A stretch of DNA of 64,000 nt, from positions 186,001-250,000 of the forward strand of contig JALMLS010000564.1 in assembly GCA_038496445.1 (NCBI GenBank). The letters run 5' to 3'. Below, piece by piece: positions 36,333-51,277 of this stretch. The position numbers were made by a program, and so were the translations under genes. Source of the stretch: Trichosphaerium sp. ATCC 40318. Lineage: Eukaryota; Protista; Tubulinea. Below the pieces are notes generated by a model. It was not told the DNA's origin. It worked only from the letters and a program-made list of their open reading frames with translations, and ran no database searches. Within the stretch, counting starts at the first letter, position 1, and every line of letters begins with the position of its first letter.

Positions 36333-38681
36333 ATGAGCATTGAAACATTCCGAAAAAACTTTACAGGACGTCAAAAGTGAGACTAAAAAAAAAAGCTTGT
36401 GACAACTTTTTTTTAATAAGTTGTGTAGGAGTATTGATGACTACCTTGAGAAAGGCAACGCTAGAAGCGCAAAATCGTCTTTGGATGGTGTCCTAAGAAC
36501 TATAAAGCGCACTGAGCCGAAATTACAATCTCCAGAAGGCAAAGTACGGTCACACGCACTCTCACAAGATTTCTAACTCCTACCGTTAGGCTTTTCTTGA
36601 AGAACAAGCTCAATATGTGGAACACGTCAAAGCCAGAATTGCAGAGATAGAAGCCTTCGCTGAGGCTAAGGATCTTATACGTAAGCTGCAATACAACAAG
36701 AGATATGGACAAAGATGTACGTTTTGACATCTATTTCTGTTATGCCCATTAATTTGTTTGTTAGATCTGGACGAAGGCAATACAAGCAGATTAGAGACTT
36801 CTGTTTCGCTTATAGAAAAGGACTTGGCCCCATTGAAAGAAAAATTTGCGGATAACAGTACCGCAAAGCCAGTGATTGAAGAAATGAATAGCTTTCTTTC
36901 AGCAGCTGCAAAAGCACTCGGCAAGGAAGAACCGCTAGGTAACTCACACGTTTATACTCGCATTCATATTAATTATGACCCTTAGATGTACCTTCACAGA
37001 CAGTCTCTCGAGTATCTAATACTCCTAAACCAGTTCCTGGAGTAGCAAAAAATACACCCCTTCCGAAAAAAGATTCGAGCGATGAAGGAGTTCCTGAATA
37101 CATCTTAACTACTATGACCTCCAAGACTCGTGATATAGAAGAAGGGCTTCAAAAAGACGATGGTGGAAGAGCGGCTAAATCCGCTCTTAGCTTCTTTAAC
37201 ATGAAACTAAGAACATACCGTAAGAAACTTACAACACCTTCTGGCATTGCATACGTCCAAGGTTTGGACGACTTTGCAAAAACCGCTGAGACTAAGATTA
37301 AAACAATGTCACGTGAGTACGAAATAAAGAATGACTTACGACGCAACTTGGAGGGTCAAATCAAAAACTGTCACAGATGTACGCATGAACTCAGTTCGAA
37401 AAAAACGATACAATATAACTCATTCTAACTTTCAACAAGGGATTGATGACAAAAACCCTGATAAAATGGAGCAAGCAGCAAAAGACATGAAACGAGCTCT
37501 TGAACCAATGACAAAGAAGTATAGCAATGAGCCTCTTGCGAAGGAAACTTTTGAACGCGCGAACAAAGCGCTAAAAATCATAGAAGTTGAAATGGAACCT
37601 TTGAGAAGAAGCACGTTATACAAAGTGTTGTTTTTTTTCTAACTTGGTTTTAGAGTATCGTGTGGATTACCTTGTGGATAGCAATGAAAGTAATCTGGAG
37701 ATGGTAGAAAGGCGTGTTGGTCAAAAGAACAGTCACGATGCGTTGAGACACAAACGATATATGACAGAAGCTGTAGAGGAATTACAAGTACGTCATCTTT
37801 GTCATCAAACCTACTTTGGCTCCTGGTAACATGTTTTAGGCGAAGTACCTCGATTTACCAAAAGCAAAGGCTTTCGTTGATAAAGTTCTTGCTGCTTACA
37901 GTAAGCTTGATGCTCTTCTATCAAGTATAAAAGCACAGGATGCCGAATGGAAAGCTGAAGAAAAAAGACGTGACCAACCAGATTGAAAAAGAAGAACAAC
38001 TACGCGAACAAGAACGAAGACAATACCAAGCACAGCGCGAAGTTGAACAAGCCCAACAAGCTAAAGACGCCGAAGAGGCTCAGCGAGCTCAAATGGAAAT
38101 GATTGATCGTATCAGAAAGGAAGAGCAAGAAAAAACCAGACTTCGTAGACTTCAAAGGGTACATCCAAAACAGTTTCTTACTTTTTTCTTACTCCGAATA
38201 GGCTAAAGAAGCAAAAGACAAACCAAAGGGCAAGGAGCTATGGATATGGCCTTTACGTGATGGATGCCCACGTGGTTGGGTTATAGATTCTACGAAACCT
38301 CAAGAAGTCAGAAAAGCTGATACAGGAGCAATATATGAGTTTGGAGCAGATTTTATTCGTGATAAGCGTTCTGGATACGTTTTCAAGCTTAGTCAATATG
38401 ATGGAGATAACGTTATAAACCCACCAAACACCCTTGTTAACTATAAGGTATGTAAACCTAAACTAAAGACAAGAAAACCGCTCTAACTCACAATTTAGGT
38501 AAAATACAACTCTGAATATGCATGGCCTTCAACTGATTCTAAATCAGGAGGATATCGTTTGAATGGCACTACATGGGAACCTTATACTGGAATAAGTAAA
38601 TGGCAAACCAAGTTCAGATGGGATAAAGGATTCCCACTTCATGTCGCAGTCTTTATCATTACGCATGCACACTATTTATAA
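36333..38681 (+). CDS. Unknown protein: repeated helical bundles, E/Q/R coiled coil, aromatic beta-rich C-terminal domain
   Basis: Internal repeat (IDDYLEKGNARSAKSSL..KLQSPEG vs IEEGLQKDDGGRAAKSAL..KLTTPSG). Exons join in frame, including one GC-AG intron. Confidence 0.7.
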
Positions 38682-38830
38682 AACGCAAAGTTTCGACTGC
38701 AAACACTTTAATTAGAGTATAAATAATTTATAATAAAACACTTAGTTATCTTATACTGCAGTAATTGAATCACTAATCCATTTCATACAATACACGTGTC
38801 AAAAAAAAAAAAAAAGCATTTCATTGAGTG

Positions 38831-40290
38831 CTATGTTTTTCTGATTCCGTTGAGTAATCTAAGAGAAAAAGTTAGTGTATTCGTTTAATATTGTGTACTT
38901 TAATAAATGACGTACTTTATATCTTGAAGGCTACTAATTTCAGTTTGTACACGTTCTGATACACCAAACATTTCCTTTGAAAATGCAAAGAGATCTTCTT
39001 CTACTTCTTCTTCTGGCTCTTGCCAATAGCCTTCATCATCCCAATATCCACCTTTTTCTGTCTCTTCCTCTTCAACAATAGGCCACAATTGCTTTAGCAT
39101 GACTTGGTCATTGAACACAGCCAGTACTTCACTCTCCTGTATACAAACATTACTATAATACTTTCATACAAAAAAACCAGTAGCTACTGTTTCCAGTTGC
39201 TTACCTTCCAGTCTGATAATGTGGGACACCATCTGGAATTTACTTCAAGCGTTTTGTATGCTATACGCTAGCAAGATGTAAGCTACACGTTGAAATTAAG
39301 TGTGAATCGTACATCACCAGGTTGAAGCTTACGATCCATAGCTGGATACTTGTCGTAGTCATATTCATCTACATCATTCTTCGGACTTCCGTTAGTTGCG
39401 TTATTTGCGTCTAAGCGTAATTAGTTTTCAAGGTATGTACCTTATAAAAAGCGTACTGTTTTGCTCGTTGGGTTTGTGTAGTTGTTTAGCTTGTTCCTTG
39501 TCTTCCATGGGTTTATTTACAGGTTTTTTGGATATTATATTATCTGTAGCAGCTTTGATGTTGCCACTACCAATAGGCGGTACTACTATTATAGCGGTAT
39601 CTTTTGTCTTTGTGTTTAATGCCTTTTTTGGACTTTTCTCCTTTGTCACGTGTTTTCTTTGACTCACAGCGGCTTTTGGTTTCGGCGTGCTCTCAGGCTG
39701 TTTTCTATGATTTTCCTTTGTTGATTTCTTTCTACTTGCTGTGATCTTGGCTTTCTTTGCTGGTTTTTTTGTAGACTTTTCCTTCTTTTCTCGTTTCTCT
39801 TTTTTTCTTTTTTTGCTTTTTCCTCTTTCGTGGACGTTCTTCATTTTCAGTAACGGTCGCTTTTCTTTTCTTGCTTTTAGGTTTAATGTATTCTTTATCA
39901 CTCTTTTGAACTCTACGAACTGGTTAGAGTAAAGTTTAAGGTTGACAGGTGTCATGCAAGTGTTTAGGTTGCCAATGTGATAAAAAGTATTAACGCACGT
40001 TATAACATCACCTGCATGCAAGATGTGAGCGGTAGGATGACTTGGAAGTAAAGCATAGCCATCCAACTCCAATAATAATGCTGTATTTAATTTATAAACC
40101 TTGTTCAACTCATACTACGCGTATTAAGTATGAATTGAGCCGTTTTGAGTTTTATTGAAACGACATGCATTAAACGTACCACCAAGTCGGCTATTGTGAT
40201 TAATTTGCTCGTATCAACAAGATACCATAGCCTATTGGGTTCTATATTGAAGTCATCTTCAAATCGCAAGCGAATACGTAAAAAAGACAT
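38831..40290 (-). CDS. COIL: Coilin (Cajal body scaffold)
   Basis: N-terminal domain LRIRLRF..WYLVD..TIADL..LELDGYALLP..IL..GDVI; Lys-rich middle; Tudor-like C-terminus DYDKYP..LQPGDRIAYKTLEVNSRWCPTLSDWK. Confidence 0.82.
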
Positions 40291-40463
40291 GCCACACCTG
40301 GAAGGGTGCAAGAAGTTACAACAAGCACAATCAAAGCATCTTCAAGGAAAATCATTGACTTTTAATCACTATCAAGCTGCAATGAAAAAAACTGCATCAA
40401 AGCCTTGGTCGGGAATTGTTTTTTACATCTGTATTTATTTTCAAAAGAAGTACAGCACTGTTA

Positions 40464-42280
<1,817 letters not shown>

Positions 42281-42624
42281 TGTGTTATCCTGTATGAAGT
42301 TTTTTTTCTAGCGTAACTGCTCAGTCAACTGTGAGTCAATTGTCATCTCTTGAAACATTGCACCTTAGCTTCGTGGTTTCTGCGTTAGATAGTCGATAGC
42401 GTAGTAGCTAGCGAAATACTTTACAATGGGCCGTATTAAAACAGTTAAACTACGAACGGCGGGATTCTCAGCAGCAGGCTTGCGCTCAAACTGGTACTGC
42501 GCTAGTGTAAAGACCAAATGAGCGGTTTAGTAGTACTTTGGCTATATTACACATAACGGTCGCGTTTTGCGACTCTACAACTTTTTCTATGTTACACTAT
42601 TGAATGCTACACGTGACGTATGAT

Positions 42625-44700
42625 TCAAGGCATCAACTTTGATGTGTAGGACACACTTTGCATCTCTGGTGTGAAGTTTTGGCAAGTGAGCCATACGCCA
42701 ACATTTCTCCGCTTGGCTTCTACTTGTAGTACAGGCTTTGTTAGATCTATAGTACCAGCCACGTTTGTCACACGTTGTGGTGGACCGCTTTTAGCATTGC
42801 TAGGTCCTGCGAACTGGTGCCTAAAGCAACGTTAACCAGTGGAGAGGAATCAAAGCTATTCTACAAAATTGATGAATTGTTGTCTAAATGGCGCACCAGT
42901 TGAATTGCATGTTACACCGCCGAGGATAAACCGGTTTTGGTCTTGGTGGCATAATAACAGGGTTGCTAGGAACAGCAGGTAGTAAACCGCTTTGTGTTCG
43001 TTTACGTGGGTTTACAAGACGAAGAAACGATGCTAAATCAATGTCCTATTAACGAGGCTTAGAAAAACGTGATCGTGTAGTAGTTTTGTTTTGTAACGTA
43101 CACTGGTGTCTAGATTGAGCGTTGAAACTGATGGCAACATCATGACGTCACGGCATTCACGTACGCCAGGCTTTACTTTTTTATGGTTGTACTTCTTCGC
43201 GTGGCGCTTTTTGGTTCGGGTGAAGGTGAAACCTTGATGGAAAATGAGTGAGTACTTCTGACGAAGAGAAAGAAATTCATAAACTAGGCAAGAGCTTGCG
43301 TCTATGGTTCGAGTAATAACAACACGTGGAGTAGTTCCACAAGAGATTAATGCTTCGTCACGTGATAAACAACGCAACATTAATCTCAGTAGCTGAAACA
43401 GTGGTTTTGTTTGTTTTTTCGTACAGTGTCGGTGATTTTGTGGACAAACATCGGAGGAGCAGCAACACTCTCCAAGACCTTTATTATGTGAGTACCGAAG
43501 CATTGCGGAAAGAGGTGAATTAAAAAAGCGGAGTCAAATAAGTTTGGTCATCTTTTTTTTTTTTTTCTGCCACAAGAGATTTTTCGTAAAATTGAAAAAA
43601 CGGCCGACAAACTTTTTGTTGCTTGTTTCTGTGGTTGGTGACCAACATTGATGTGTATAATTAACGTACACACTGGACAACGCCAACTTGCATCGTTGTA
43701 AACCTCGCGAAATTGTTGCTGAAGGTGATTCGTCTGAAAAAAAGTGTAAGCACAACTAGCGACCCGATTCAAAACAACATCTTTATCGTACAATGCAGTT
43801 AAAGCAATACACATTCTGACAGTGCTGATGAAAACCGTTTTAGAATAAAGACGAACGAAGTTGTACTTGTTTCAAAAGACATCATTCAAAAAACTCTTAC
43901 CTTACCTAAAGAAAACATAAGTGAGATTACAAATCTCGGGGCTGTGGGAAAATGCCATAAGGTCACGTTTTTTTTTGTTTTTTTGTGCTTTTTTTTTCAT
44001 AAAGTTGTTCAAAAATTCTCCTTTAAAAAATACTTTGTGATAACGTTGGGACTTTCTCAATGTATTGTGAGTATGGGTAATTAATAAAAACCAGTGAACA
44101 ATAAAGGTGGAACCGAACTTTACGAATGTTTTGCGTTCCTAACCTTTAGAGATCGACTGAAGGTGTCATTAAGACCCATCAAACAAAAAAAACCCATAAA
44201 GTACAATAATTAATTAAAAAAAACCGAAGGGGCGAACAACCTCTTTTCTATGGGTTACGTACAGCTTGTATATGGTACAGTTCGTTTCCTCCGACGGTTC
44301 CTAAGCACGTTATTTGGTTTTAAGTCCAAAAACAAAGGCCACAAAAAATTTCCAGTGGAAATAATTGTTCACTCTATTTTACTATTGGGGGAGCCTTATT
44401 GTCTTACCTTGATATTCTACAGATGTGACAGCTACAAGGGCGTCATTTAGAATACTTTAAAATCAGTAATAGGGACGTACCAAAGGTTACTATTACCAAA
44501 CATGAGTATACGATAGTGGTGTTTCAAACTTGTGACGATGAGAGGCGTTGGTTACCTGATGTGTAATAATTTCCACTGCTTTAATTTTCCTCAATGAGAA
44601 TTAATTGAATTGTTACACAGCGTACCACACTGTCCCGTTGGTACCTTACAGCTGTTGCGCTTCGATATTCTTTACGTAGACTCATTGTGATCAACTGCAT
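42625..44700 (-). CDS. Zinc-finger protein of the zf-4CXXC_R1 (CDCA7-like) type, assembled from very short exons
   Basis: Spliced: SNLCCHICRISRNRRRKRTVPYTSCKHCQNVYCFNCITNHLQQQFREVYNDASWRCPVCLGECCCSSDVCPQNHRHCFTFTRTKKRH. All junctions are GT-AG and in phase. Termini tentative. Confidence 0.72.
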
Positions 44701-47395
44701 AGCGTGCAGTTTTTAGTGAGATGGTTCCCTCACTCATTTTCACTCTTTAACACGGTATAAGGCGTTCCGGTAGTGCAAACCTGTACACAATCGTACGTTT
44801 CGTAAGGTGCTTTCCGTTTTACTTGTTAAAACAGTCATGCTTGCTATCACGTGCGTCGCAAGTAACTACAAGCGTTGTGTATGATATTTTGTGCGTTTGG
44901 CCATATCCTATTGTGTCAAAGCGCATGGCGTTGTACGGTTTGTTTCGCGTAGTGTAACTCTTAGTAATGGTAGCGGTGCTAGTTAGAGTGATTCGGGGTA
45001 AATCATTGTGCGCACTACTGCCATAAAACTGTAATTTCCACACGTGATTGGCAATTTCAAAAAAAGACGTTTAAATATCACTGAGTTTTAAACCGCATAA
45101 GTGTAGGAGAAGTAGTTTTTGTACACAATGTCTGGTACATTAGTAACACTAAACAAACCATTAGCGATAAACACAACGGTTTTTACCGATTACACTTTCA
45201 GGTATTCGGTAACAGTCGCCGTACAAAAATATGTACCGTTTTTTTTGTGGCACCATTCAATTTCGTTTTGGTACTGTCAATCTCGCCTAAACTGAGCTTT
45301 TTATCCCTTGTGGTGATGCACACGGTATGGAGAAAGTGTCTAGCGCACATATATCCGTGTTTCTAGCGCTTAACTGGCGCTAGTTGAAAGGAAGCGATAG
45401 TACAAGCTGAAGAGTCTCGTGATTGTTTAACAGACGTCTACAGTTTTTGTTTAGATCCACAGCAATTATGGCGATGGCAGTCCTTGCAGGCATGCCGTGC
45501 AGTTTATATTAAAATCCTGAGACAATTACGGCTTTGTTTATATGACGTAATGGCGTTCGCCTTGTGTTACGCTTTTTGGTGACATTGAGTGAGTGACATC
45601 AAGCTTAGTGAGTAGGGCGCTCCTTCTAAAACTGTACGCAGTTTATGCACCTCGGTACACCACATGTACAGCATCAAACTGACCTTTTTTTTACCTTATC
45701 CTCTTTATAGGCGTTTTGAATCACGTGATAAACAGATTGCGTCCGGGTTGGTAAACATACTATTTCCCATTGTACTTTGTATTGTATACGCTAAACCTTA
45801 TATGAAAAGAGCGATTATGATAACGTTTGTCGAACAATTTATTCCACTACGTTGCCTACATAGTGCTTACTTACTAAATGTAATACACCACGCGTAGTTA
45901 GGCAAGATTGAAAAAAAGCTGGAGCAGAAAACAAATGGGATCGAAATTTTTCCTCATCTGCGACAAGTGATTGCCGTTTTTCCGCTTGCAAATAGTAGCG
46001 AAGAAAACAAACTATCTAGTTTATGGGTGAACAGTGCGTTTAGTTTAAACCTTTAATACAAGTCACTCTAAAACATCTTTAAACCAAGAAGGGAATAACC
46101 AGAAAGAATAACCGACCACAATCCTGTTCTGCCAAAAATCACGTGATCATGTATTACTAGGTACTGCAATCTGCTGCCTACGTAATCATAAGAATCGGTT
46201 CTTGAAACAGACAAAAAAAATACAAATTAGTAAAAAGATGATTGCGACCGTTAGGATAAGATACATACCAGACTGTGGTATCGCAAGTTGCTATTGAATA
46301 GTACTGTACTACTTTTGTTCCACTATTGTAAACTCCAGTCAAGTGTTAACTAACTACTTTCCAACTATCACTTCCTTTGCTATGGTATAGAATGCGTTCC
46401 GTCCGAACTGTCTGTGATGCTAGCGCCAAGCGACATAGGCACTTGTTTGGCAAGAGCCAATAGAAAAATGAGATTTATACTGTTCCATACCATTGCAAAC
46501 TTGAAGCCTTTTGAATAAAAGCGTTAGTCTTGTGGTTATACATGCGCTGAAACTTACGTATTATGGCCATTACAGCTGCTAGTATGAGCGTACAAAATCA
46601 AGTATTGTTAAAATCAATATGGTAGCGTATTCGCTATCAATCCTCTTGGAAATAACTTTGGAACCATAAGTTTATGCATAAATAAAACAACAAAGTTCTA
46701 CTTACTTGTGCGTTCCTCATTGAATCGTGTTAAAATACCAACCTAAGTGTGGTATTAATAGGTAGTATTTTATAGTAAGTATTGCTGTTACTTAGTTTTT
46801 AGAGAAGACACAAACAGTTTTCAAGTATGTACAAGCACTATTTTGGGTGTAAAAACAATTTGTAAAGCTGTTGCCACGCGCACATTAATGTACTCTGTGT
46901 GACATGTGATAACACACTCCAGACCATTGTATAATCAAATAATAATACATTACTTGTACTACCTGAACGTGGATCGCGGTTGTTGTCTAGCTTTACTTAA
47001 CTAAACTTGTTAAGTGCTAACGTTTGGTATTGACATGTTTGAGTGGTACAAAAGTGACTGGCAAGGGCGTGTCAGCTTATACTAGTGTAAGAATCTTGGA
47101 GTTCGGTATGCTAACTGGTGCACGTGTGCAGTTTAAAGGTATTTAATAAGGAGCTTTGATTGGCTGTTCAAGTAACTCGGTCACTTTGCTGCTAAAGCGA
47201 GAAAACTGACGTTTACATCAACGGCTTGTATGAGTGATAACGTCAGAAGCATGAGAAATCGAGTGCGTTGTTTCAAGGAAGAGTAGCGGTGCTATCAGAA
47301 AATGCGTTAAATTTCTTTACGTGAATAGCTTCTCGTTAAGGCATCAGTAGAAACTGAATACACTCACAGGTAAACAATTCATTACTAGACAAGCT

Positions 47396-49733
47396 ATGGA
47401 TTATTTATACACGGCATTATATGCCTTTACGTTTATTATGGTACTTGTTGGTACTGTGGCCACCCAAGTATTCCATGTATCCCCTTCAAGAGTAAAGGAG
47501 CTGCTGAAGCGCTATTACAAAAAAAAACCAGGAGGCCAACTCCGACGCTCGAGATCTGTGCTTCTAAGTTCTTCTACGCTCGAACAGAATCCATTTCTAC
47601 GATTACAACCGCGAAAAAAAATGTCTACCGTCTATCGAGTGTTCAAGGTACCCAAACGCTTACAATATATTTAAAACAATCTTTTAACCGCTCTCAACGC
47701 CCATCTAAATCTAACGTCCAAAAAGGGAGTAGTTGGTTACGGTATACTGTTGCCGATACGCGCTGTATTGACAGTACTGCTTATGGGCCTTACTGTGTTG
47801 GTAGTATCGGTGCGCTATTATTACATGACCTTAGATCACTTTGTACTTGCTCTAGCGCCTCAGTGCGCGCAACAACATAAAAAAACCTTGCGTAAACGAC
47901 ATTTTCAACTCATAAAATCTAGCTATCTATGTGGGGCGTAAAACGTGGCTCAAAGCCTACTGCAATGCGTAGCTTCCTCATTTCTATTGTCGCACTTATT
48001 GCTCGTATTCTTCTGTTTGTTTGCGGCTTTTACTACATTGATGTCGTTAAACCAAAGTCTAAGGAGACTTCTAAACCAGTACGTAAACTTGTAGATCTAC
48101 TTGTTGCACATAACGTCTCATTTGTTAACACGGTTTTTATCAGGCGCCTATTGTCATTGGCAATCATACAAGCTTAGTTGATGCAATTGTCATGTTCTAT
48201 TTATTTGATCCTGCTTGTTTTGTATCTCGTATTGAGAACCTAAAGCTTCCAGTCGTTGGTACTATACTTCAAGCAACACAAGCCATTCTTGTTGATAGAA
48301 CAAACAAGAACTCCAAAAAGGTACAAAAAGTTTGAAATGTCCCAAAAAAAAAGTCATAACAATCAAGCAGGATGCTTTGGAGAAAATAAAATCTCGTGCT
48401 TTGGATGCGGTTGAAGATAAGAGAGTAGCAAAAGTTGTATTATTCCCAGGTACGTTCCACTAGTATGTTGATGATTACAAGCTAATAAGTTGGTGTAGAA
48501 GGAACAACTACAAATGGAACTGCTTTAATTAACTTCAAAGTTGGCGCTTTTGTTCCAGGTAACTAGCTAGTGGTTTCATCCTGAAAGATGTTAATTATTT
48601 TCATAGCTGTACCAGTTCAACCTGTTCTCATACAGTATCCGTTTGACTACACAGATATATCATGGAGTTGTGATGTATCACTGGCAGCAACCATGTTTGC
48701 TATGTATGGACAGTTTTCTAACTCGCTTAAAGTGACAATTCTTCCGCCTTATGTACAGCAACCACTCTAGAGAAAAAGTTCTCATGTATTTTCTGTAGGT
48801 ACCAAGTGAAGAAGAGAAGATGGATCCTAGTCTATACGCTAGTAATGTGAGAGCACTTATGGCATCCAAACTAGATCGACCTTTGACTGAGCACAGCATG
48901 GGTATGTACAGAATACGTTCACTATTTTTGATTAAATTACTCTTTAGAGGACGCACTTCTATGTGCAGAAGCATCAAAACTGCATATGCAAAATAGTACT
49001 GAAGAGATTCACATGGCTGAAATAAGGAAACTGTATAATCTTGGAGTTAGAGATGTCAAAGGACTTATCAAGTACGCTAACACCATCTTTGATTGTATGA
49101 GTTCATTGGTTAATGTTTTATGTTATTAGACGTTTTGCAAAGTTTGATACAGACAAAGATGGTGTACTATCCGTATCTGAGTTTTCTGAAATGTTTGGTC
49201 TGCCTGTTAATGATCACACTAAAGAGCTCTTTTCATTGTTTGAAACAGATGCTCTTGGCATAAGTATGGTTTTTTGCTTTACTCACGTTTGTCTGTCTCT
49301 TTGGATTCTTACCCCTTTTCTGTAGACTTCAAACAGTTTATTGTTGGTATGTCTTTGCTTGATAAAGAGAAGACACATGATGATATCATTGAGTACTGCT
49401 TTGAATTATTTAAGAATCAAACAGATGATGGCAAAGATTGTGTTTCAGCAGCTGACTTGGAAGCTTACATGAGTGCTGTATTCCCTGGTATATCCGATAA
49501 ACAAATGCGCGAGCTATTTTCACAAATGGATCTTGACAGTGACGGCGAAATCAGCAGAGGTACAGTACAAAAACATGATTTTCCAAAAAGGTTATTCTTG
49601 TATTAATGGTCTTTTCTTAGATGAATTCTTCACGTTTGCAAGGAGTAACCCTTATTACATTAAACTTGTAGATAATATTATACGTAAAAAGGGTCTTGAT
49701 ATCTCTCAACCAACACTTCCAGCTACTTCTTGA
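47396..49733 (+). CDS. LPCAT: Lysophosphatidylcholine acyltransferase (LPCAT1/2-type) with C-terminal EF-hands
   Basis: GNHTSLVD (HxxxxD), ILVDR, LFPEGTTTNG, FKVGAFVP, PVQPVLIQYP; EF-hands DTDKDGVLSVSEF and DLDSDGEISRDEF. Confidence 0.92.
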
Positions 49734-49871
49734 ATGTACATAGAAATATAATAAAAAAAGTTAAAATAGCAACTAGAATTATTATTCCAACGGACTGAGA
49801 TACAGAATTTTTTTTTCTTTATTATTCTTATACAACACAATCTTATTCTGTTGCTGTCTTTCTTCCCTCTC

Positions 49872-51149
49872 TCAGTTACTTTTTGCCAATACTATTCCTT
49901 TTTCGTCAAGTGCTTCCTGTACACTCTCACCTTTAAACACAATAAGATTAGGACAAGCTTTTGCAATATTTCTTAATCCTTGTGGTGACTTTCCAGATAA
50001 ATACCCCACGTCAAGATACTTCATTGTAGGACAAGATATACCTTCAAGCTTCATACCAGTAAATATAGCAGTACAACCGCTTACAATTTCCATACGTTCT
50101 AAAGGTAACTGAAACAATAGTCTAAAAGCATCATCTCCTCCACTTTGATCAATATGGATATACTTCAACTTCTTGCAATGAGTGAATAGAGCTTGTGCGA
50201 ACTCCCTCTCAAGTGTGCCCATCTCTAAACCACGTACATTGCAAGAGTAAGGTAGTTTAATAAAAGGAATAGACTCAAGATTTGGCATACGAGGAAGAAA
50301 CCAAGAAGCAACAACGTCATGGTTTGTTGGCCTTTTTGATTGATTAAAAGGGCATCGGAGGCTGAAAACTCGCAAGTTATGGAATACAGGACAAGAACTC
50401 AAAGGTTCAGCTTTCTCTGTATTTGTAAAAAGAGGTTGATGCCCTCTCCAGTGTTTTAAGCTTCCGTTGTTTCGCCACCCAACATGTAAAATCTCTATAC
50501 CTTTCGCCATTTTTAGTATACATTTAAAAAAGGGGAAAGCATTTCCACAGCCTTGTATGTTCGCCTTTGTTAATTCAGTCAGAGGAGATTGCTTTAATAC
50601 ACTTTCTAGTGTCAGCAATTGGCTTGGAGTATGATTTACGACTTTTAGGATCTCGACAGAACGAGAAATTTTATCAAAAAGTTTCGATAACAAATTTCTC
50701 TGTTCTTCCGATACAATTCCTTTTGAAAGCTCTAGACCTACAATCTTTGAGCTCTTAGGAATATTGTCCAAAGCTTCTAGGACATCCTTTGCTCTTCCTG
50801 AGTCCGTTGTTAAGGAAATTGATCTATCAGTGTATTCACTGAGCGAGTCTAACTGCAACGGCATCTCGTTTTTAAATTCCAATTGGAATAGCGGTTTGAC
50901 TTTCAAATTGTCTAGCCATGTCTTAGATACGCGACATCCTACAGCTCGGGTGGCTAGGGATAGGTACGGTCGGAGTAGGAAGACTGCAAGTGGTTGTGAA
51001 AAGCAAGACTCTCTAAAATTAGCTAGTTAGTATTCCGTCTACGTTTTATACGCGCTTTTCGCGCTAAAAAGCGTTTTAGTGACAATTGTGTAGGATGGTG
51101 TATTGTTAGAATCAAAGTGCGACAGTGCTTACGTTTCAGTGCTTGTCAT
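49872..51149 (-). CDS. F-box/LRR-like protein
   Basis: Upstream of the listed ORF the frame continues FLLRPYLSLATRAVGCRVSKTW (F-box-like end). LRR-like segments FHNLRVFSL, CKKLKYIHI, CPTMKYLDV, ACPNL. Short 5' exons inferred. Confidence 0.65.
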
Positions 51150-51277
51150 CGAGAACGCGTTCTTGTATGTCTGTGTAGTGTTTTACGGTCAAAGTGATTT
51201 GACAGAAAATAGCGGAATGTCGCAAAGTTAAGCCACAAGATTCGCTTGACATCAATTAGGTACCTGAACGCTTATTT

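Noticed and set aside
45186-45212. U3 snoRNA-like 5' end (GATTACACTTTCAGG)
   Set aside because: Box A GATCATTTC and box B are missing; it reads equally well as a 3' splice site.
45515-45565. TPP riboswitch-like CTGAGA..TTACGGC
   Set aside because: The P4/P5 core (CTTGATC..TAATACC.GCG.AG) is absent and no thiamine gene is adjacent.
46320-46610. Minus-strand hydrophobic reading frame with an intron (FCTLILAAVMAIIRFKFAMVWNSINLIFLLAL)
   Set aside because: Bounded by stops and with no recognisable family; insufficient to call a CDS or pseudogene.
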